From Phaeosaccion multiseriatum (Eukaryota > Protista > Ochrophyta, other classes): 64,000 nt of DNA. This document shows, piece after piece, positions 57,391-64,000 of this stretch. A program made the position numbers and the translations under genes. The DNA is taken from contig OZ218954.1 in the NCBI GenBank assembly GCA_965112735.1, positions 4,317,695 to 4,381,694 of the forward strand, read 5' to 3'. The notes beneath the pieces were generated by a model. The model saw nothing but the letters and a program-made list of their open reading frames with translations, searched no databases and was not told the DNA's origin. Each line of letters starts with the position of its first letter. Position 1 is the stretch's first letter.

Positions 57391-60300
57391 CCAGGGCCAG
57401 GCCAGGCCAGGCCAGGCCAGGGCCAGGCCAGGCCAGGCCAGGGCCAGGCCAGGCCAGGCCAGGCCAGGCCAGGCCAGGGCCAGGCCAGGCCAGGCCAGGC
57501 CAGGCCAGGCCAGGCCAGGCCAGGCCAGGCCAGGCCAGGCCAGGCCAGGCCAGGCCAGGCCAGGCCAGGGCCAGGCCAGGCCAGGCCAGGCCAGGCCAGG
57601 CCAGGCCAGGCCAGGCCAGGCCAGGCCAGGCCAGGCCAGGCCAGGCCAGGCCAGGCCAGGCCAGGCCAGGCCAGGCCAGGCCAGGCCAGGCCAGGCCAGG
57701 CCAGGCCAGGCCAGGCCAGGCCAGGCCAGGCCAGGCCAGGCCAGGCCAGGCCAGGCCAGGCCAGGCCAGGCCAGGCCAGGCCAGGCCAGGCCAGGCCAGG
57801 CCAGGCCAGGCCAGGCCAGGCCAGGCCAGGCCAGGCCAGGCCAGGCCAGGCCAGGCCAGGCCAGGCCAGGCCAGGCCAGGCCAGGCCAGGCCAGGCCAGG
57901 CCAGGCCAGGCCAGGCCAGGCCAGGCCAGGCCAGGCCAGGCCAGGCCAGGCCAGGCCAGGCCAGGCCAGGCCAGGCCAGGCCAGGCCAGGCCAGGCCAGG
58001 CCAGGCCAGGCCAGGCCAGGCCAGGCCAGGCCAGGCCAGGCCAGGCCAGGCCAGGCCAGGCCAGGCCAGGCCAGGCCAGGCCAGGCCAGGCCAGGCCAGG
58101 CCAGGCCAGGCCAGGCCAGGCCAGGCCAGGCCAGGCCAGGCCAGGCCAGGCCAGGCCAGGCCAGGCCAGGCCAGGCCAGGCCAGGCCAGGCCAGGCCAGG
58201 CCAGGCCAGGCCAGGCCAGGCCAGGCCAGGCCAGGCCAGGCCAGGCCAGGCCAGGCCAGGCCAGGCCAGGCCAGGCCAGGCCAGGCCAGGCCAGGCCAGG
58301 CCAGGCCAGGCCAGGCCAGGCCAGGCCAGGCCAGGCCAGGCCAGGCCAGGCCAGGCCAGGCCAGGCCAGGCCAGGCCAGGCCAGGCCAGGCCAGGCCAGG
58401 CCAGGCCAGGCCAGGCCAGGCCAGGCCAGGCCAGGCCAGGCCAGGCCAGGCCAGGCCAGGCCAGGCCAGGCCAGGCCAGGCCAGGCCAGGCCAGGCCAGG
58501 CCAGGCCAGGCCAGGCCAGGCCAGGCCAGGCCAGGCCAGGCCAGGCCAGGCCAGGCCAGGCCAGGCCAGGCCAGGCCAGGCCAGGCCAGGCCAGGCCAGG
58601 CCAGGCCAGGCCAGGCCAGGCCAGGCCAGGCCAGGCCAGGCCAGGCCAGGCCAGGCCAGGCCAGGCCAGGCCAGGCCAGGCCAGGCCAGGCCAGGCCAGG
58701 CCAGGCCAGGCCAGGCCAGGCCAGGCCAGGCCAGGCCAGGCCAGGCCAGGCCAGGCCAGGCCAGGCCAGGCCAGGCCAGGCCAGGCCAGGCCAGGCCAGG
58801 CCAGGCCAGGCCAGGCCAGGCCAGGCCAGGCCAGGCCAGGCCAGGCCAGGCCAGGCCAGGCCAGGCCAGGCCAGGCCAGGCCAGGCCAGGCCAGGCCAGG
58901 CCAGGCCAGGCCAGGCCAGGCCAGGCCAGGCCAGGCCAGGCCAGGCCAGGCCAGGCCAGGCCAGGCCAGGCCAGGCCAGGCCAGGCCAGGCCAGGCCAGG
59001 CCAGGCCAGGCCAGGCCAGGCCAGGCCAGGCCAGGCCAGGCCAGGCCAGGCCAGGCCAGGCCAGGCCAGGCCAGGCCAGGCCAGGCCAGGCCAGGCCAGG
59101 CCAGGCCAGGCCAGGCCAGGCCAGGCCAGGCCAGGCCAGGCCAGGCCAGGCCAGGCCAGGCCAGGCCAGGCCAGGCCAGGCCAGGCCAGGCCAGGCCAGG
59201 CCAGGCCAGGCCAGGCCAGGCCAGGCCAGGCCAGGCCAGGCCAGGCCAGGCCAGGCCAGGCCAGGCCAGGCCAGGCCAGGCCAGGCCAGGCCAGGCCAGG
59301 CCAGGCCAGGCCAGGCCAGGCCAGGCCAGGCCAGGCCAGGCCAGGCCAGGCCAGGCCAGGCCAGGCCAGGCCAGGCCAGGCCAGGCCAGGCCAGGCCAGG
59401 CCAGGCCAGGCCAGGCCAGGCCAGGCCAGGCCAGGCCAGGCCAGGCCAGGCCAGGCCAGGCCAGGCCAGGCCAGGCCAGGCCAGGCCAGGCCAGGCCAGG
59501 CCAGGCCAGGCCAGGCCAGGCCAGGCCAGGCCAGGCCAGGCCAGGCCAGGCCAGGCCAGGCCAGGCCAGGCCAGGCCAGGCCAGGCCAGGCCAGGCCAGG
59601 CCAGGCCAGGCCAGGCCAGGCCAGGCCAGGCCAGGCCAGGCCAGGCCAGGCCAGGCCAGGCCAGGCCAGGCCAGGCCAGGCCAGGCCAGGCCAGGCCAGG
59701 CCAGGCCAGGCCAGGCCAGGCCAGGCCAGGCCAGGCCAGGCCAGGCCAGGCCAGGCCAGGCCAGGCCAGGCCAGGCCAGGCCAGGCCAGGCCAGGCCAGG
59801 CCAGGCCAGGCCAGGCCAGGCCAGGCCAGGCCAGGCCAGGCCAGGCCAGGCCAGGCCAGGCCAGGCCAGGCCAGGCCAGGCCAGGCCAGGCCAGGCCAGG
59901 CCAGGCCAGGCCAGGCCAGGCCAGGCCAGGCCAGGCCAGGCCAGGCCAGGCCAGGCCAGGCCAGGCCAGGCCAGGCCAGGCCAGGCCAGGCCAGGCCAGG
60001 CCAGGCCAGGCCAGGCCAGGCCAGGCCAGGCCAGGCCAGGCCAGGCCAGGCCAGGCCAGGCCAGGCCAGGCCAGGCCAGGCCAGGCCAGGCCAGGCCAGG
60101 CCAGGCCAGGCCAGGCCAGGCCAGGCCAGGCCAGGCCAGGCCAGGCCAGGCCAGGCCAGGCCAGGCCAGGCCAGGCCAGGCCAGGCCAGGCCAGGCCAGG
60201 CCAGGCCAGGCCAGGCCAGGCCAGGCCAGGCCAGGCCAGGCCAGGCCAGGCCAGGCCAGGCCAGGCCAGGCCAGGCCAGGCCAGGCCAGGCCAGGCCAGG

Positions 60301-63300
60301 CCAGGCCAGGCCAGGCCAGGCCAGGCCAGGCCAGGCCAGGCCAGGCCAGGCCAGGCCAGGCCAGGCCAGGCCAGGCCAGGCCAGGCCAGGCCAGGCCAGG
60401 CCAGGCCAGGCCAGGCCAGGCCAGGCCAGGCCAGGCCAGGCCAGGCCAGGCCAGGCCAGGCCAGGCCAGGCCAGGCCAGGCCAGGCCAGGCCAGGCCAGG
60501 CCAGGCCAGGCCAGGCCAGGCCAGGCCAGGCCAGGCCAGGCCAGGCCAGGCCAGGCCAGGCCAGGCCAGGCCAGGCCAGGCCAGGCCAGGCCAGGCCAGG
60601 CCAGGCCAGGCCAGGCCAGGCCAGGCCAGGCCAGGCCAGGCCAGGCCAGGCCAGGCCAGGCCAGGCCAGGCCAGGCCAGGCCAGGCCAGGCCAGGCCAGG
60701 CCAGGCCAGGCCAGGCCAGGCCAGGCCAGGCCAGGCCAGGCCAGGCCAGGCCAGGCCAGGCCAGGCCAGGCCAGGCCAGGCCAGGCCAGGCCAGGCCAGG
60801 CCAGGCCAGGCCAGGCCAGGCCAGGCCAGGCCAGGCCAGGCCAGGCCAGGCCAGGCCAGGCCAGGCCAGGCCAGGCCAGGCCAGGCCAGGCCAGGCCAGG
60901 CCAGGCCAGGCCAGGCCAGGCCAGGCCAGGCCAGGCCAGGCCAGGCCAGGCCAGGCCAGGCCAGGCCAGGCCAGGCCAGGCCAGGCCAGGCCAGGCCAGG
61001 CCAGGCCAGGCCAGGCCAGGCCAGGCCAGGCCAGGCCAGGCCAGGCCAGGCCAGGCCAGGCCAGGCCAGGCCAGGCCAGGCCAGGCCAGGCCAGGCCAGG
61101 CCAGGCCAGGCCAGGCCAGGCCAGGCCAGGCCAGGCCAGGCCAGGCCAGGCCAGGCCAGGCCAGGCCAGGCCAGGCCAGGCCAGGCCAGGCCAGGCCAGG
61201 CCAGGCCAGGCCAGGCCAGGCCAGGCCAGGCCAGGCCAGGCCAGGCCAGGCCAGGCCAGGCCAGGCCAGGCCAGGCCAGGCCAGGCCAGGCCAGGCCAGG
61301 CCAGGCCAGGCCAGGCCAGGCCAGGCCAGGCCAGGCCAGGCCAGGCCAGGCCAGGCCAGGCCAGGCCAGGCCAGGCCAGGCCAGGCCAGGCCAGGCCAGG
61401 CCAGGCCAGGCCAGGCCAGGCCAGGCCAGGCCAGGCCAGGCCAGGCCAGGCCAGGCCAGGCCAGGCCAGGCCAGGCCAGGCCAGGCCAGGCCAGGCCAGG
61501 CCAGGCCAGGCCAGGCCAGGCCAGGCCAGGCCAGGCCAGGCCAGGCCAGGCCAGGCCAGGCCAGGCCAGGCCAGGCCAGGCCAGGCCAGGCCAGGCCAGG
61601 CCAGGCCAGGCCAGGCCAGGCCAGGCCAGGCCAGGCCAGGCCAGGCCAGGCCAGGCCAGGCCAGGCCAGGCCAGGCCAGGCCAGGCCAGGCCAGGCCAGG
61701 CCAGGCCAGGCCAGGCCAGGCCAGGCCAGGCCAGGCCAGGCCAGGCCAGGCCAGGCCAGGCCAGGCCAGGCCAGGCCAGGCCAGGCCAGGCCAGGCCAGG
61801 CCAGGCCAGGCCAGGCCAGGCCAGGCCAGGCCAGGCCAGGCCAGGCCAGGCCAGGCCAGGCCAGGCCAGGCCAGGCCAGGCCAGGCCAGGCCAGGCCAGG
61901 CCAGGCCAGGCCAGGCCAGGCCAGGCCAGGCCAGGCCAGGCCAGGCCAGGCCAGGCCAGGCCAGGCCAGGCCAGGCCAGGCCAGGCCAGGCCAGGCCAGG
62001 CCAGGCCAGGCCAGGCCAGGCCAGGCCAGGCCAGGCCAGGCCAGGCCAGGCCAGGCCAGGCCAGGCCAGGCCAGGCCAGGCCAGGCCAGGCCAGGCCAGG
62101 CCAGGCCAGGCCAGGCCAGGCCAGGCCAGGCCAGGCCAGGCCAGGCCAGGCCAGGCCAGGCCAGGCCAGGCCAGGCCAGGCCAGGCCAGGCCAGGCCAGG
62201 CCAGGCCAGGCCAGGCCAGGCCAGGCCAGGCCAGGCCAGGCCAGGCCAGGCCAGGCCAGGCCAGGCCAGGCCAGGCCAGGCCAGGCCAGGCCAGGCCAGG
62301 CCAGGCCAGGCCAGGCCAGGCCAGGCCAGGCCAGGCCAGGCCAGGCCAGGCCAGGCCAGGCCAGGCCAGGCCAGGCCAGGCCAGGCCAGGCCAGGCCAGG
62401 CCAGGCCAGGCCAGGCCAGGCCAGGCCAGGCCAGGCCAGGCCAGGCCAGGCCAGGCCAGGCCAGGCCAGGCCAGGCCAGGCCAGGCCAGGCCAGGCCAGG
62501 CCAGGCCAGGCCAGGCCAGGCCAGGCCAGGCCAGGCCAGGCCAGGCCAGGCCAGGCCAGGCCAGGCCAGGCCAGGCCAGGCCAGGCCAGGCCAGGCCAGG
62601 CCAGGCCAGGCCAGGCCAGGCCAGGCCAGGCCAGGCCAGGCCAGGCCAGGCCAGGCCAGGCCAGGCCAGGCCAGGCCAGGCCAGGCCAGGCCAGGCCAGG
62701 CCAGGCCAGGCCAGGCCAGGCCAGGCCAGGCCAGGCCAGGCCAGGCCAGGCCAGGCCAGGCCAGGCCAGGCCAGGCCAGGCCAGGCCAGGCCAGGCCAGG
62801 CCAGGCCAGGCCAGGCCAGGCCAGGCCAGGCCAGGCCAGGCCAGGCCAGGCCAGGCCAGGCCAGGCCAGGCCAGGCCAGGCCAGGCCAGGCCAGGCCAGG
62901 CCAGGCCAGGCCAGGCCAGGCCAGGCCAGGCCAGGCCAGGCCAGGCCAGGCCAGGCCAGGCCAGGCCAGGCCAGGCCAGGCCAGGCCAGGCCAGGCCAGG
63001 CCAGGCCAGGCCAGGCCAGGCCAGGCCAGGCCAGGCCAGGCCAGGCCAGGCCAGGCCAGGCCAGGCCAGGCCAGGCCAGGCCAGGCCAGGCCAGGCCAGG
63101 CCAGGCCAGGCCAGGCCAGGCCAGGCCAGGCCAGGCCAGGCCAGGCCAGGCCAGGCCAGGCCAGGCCAGGCCAGGCCAGGCCAGGCCAGGCCAGGCCAGG
63201 CCAGGCCAGGCCAGGCCAGGCCAGGCCAGGCCAGGCCAGGCCAGGCCAGGCCAGGCCAGGCCAGGCCAGGCCAGGCCAGGCCAGGCCAGGCCAGGCCAGG

Positions 63301-64000
63301 CCAGGCCAGGCCAGGCCAGGCCAGGCCAGGCCAGGCCAGGCCAGGCCAGGCCAGGCCAGGCCAGGCCAGGCCAGGCCAGGCCAGGCCAGGCCAGGCCAGG
63401 CCAGGCCAGGCCAGGCCAGGCCAGGCCAGGCCAGGCCAGGCCAGGCCAGGCCAGGCCAGGCCAGGCCAGGCCAGGCCAGGCCAGGCCAGGCCAGGCCAGG
63501 CCAGGCCAGGCCAGGCCAGGCCAGGCCAGGCCAGGCCAGGCCAGGCCAGGCCAGGCCAGGCCAGGCCAGGCCAGGCCAGGCCAGGCCAGGCCAGGCCAGG
63601 CCAGGCCAGGCCAGGCCAGGCCAGGCCAGGCCAGGCCAGGCCAGGCCAGGCCAGGCCAGGCCAGGCCAGGCCAGGCCAGGCCAGGCCAGGCCAGGCCAGG
63701 CCAGGCCAGGCCAGGCCAGGCCAGGCCAGGCCAGGCCAGGCCAGGCCAGGCCAGGCCAGGCCAGGCCAGGCCAGGCCAGGCCAGGCCAGGCCAGGCCAGG
63801 CCAGGCCAGGGCCAGGCCAGGCCAGGCCAGGCCAGGCCAGGCCAGGGCCAGGGCCAGGCCAGGCCAGGCCAGGGCCAGGCCAGGCCAGGGCCAGGCCAGG
63901 CCAGGCCAGGCCAGGCCAGGCCAGGCCAGGCCAGGCCAGGCCAGGGGCCAGGCCAGGCCAGGGGCCAGGCCAGGCCAGGCCAGCCAGGGCCAGGCCAGGG
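57391..64000 (+). repeat. (CCAGG)n/(CCAGGG)n terminal tract, probably miscalled telomere
   Basis: 6.6 kb of almost pure CCAGG with some CCAGGG units, starting in register with the TTAGGG units. Confidence 0.9.

Overview
Eukaryotic, GC-rich, intron- and microsatellite-rich DNA (gene style suggests an algal stramenopile; low confidence) running into a chromosome end. 0-13 kb is a patchwork of duplicated or broken genes: a poly-Gly/5xSAP ORF, a 3'-truncated condensin CAP-D2, three ankyrin-BTB paralogues, a 2OG-oxygenase fragment and a fold-back LINE tail. 13-42.7 kb holds ordinary spliced genes: USO1/p115, a secreted Cys-repeat protein, a PPR protein, an mS45/Bot1-like protein, an unknown coiled-coil/Zn-ribbon protein and an intronless TM ORF. 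The main interest is 43.1-57.4 kb: a very young 13.95-kb chromodomain Ty3/gypsy LTR retrotransposon on the minus strand (LTRs differ at 1 of 224 nt). Its Pol carries an intact DEDDy (Mut-7/WRN/RNase D-like) 3'-5' exonuclease between RNase H and integrase. Gag and pol are in frame across a UGA-CGG plus stem-loop readthrough signal, and the PBS looks self-priming (Tf1-like). It is interrupted by a 969-bp array of a tiny non-coding element whose 89-bp palindromic TG..CA unit copies the first 10 nt of the host LTR, overlaps a tRNA-Arg(UCU)-like Pol III cassette and has a 4-bp TSD. More copies of this mini-element lie between the 5' LTR and the (TTAGGG)n telomere. The terminal (CCAGG)n tract is probably a long-read miscall of the telomere.
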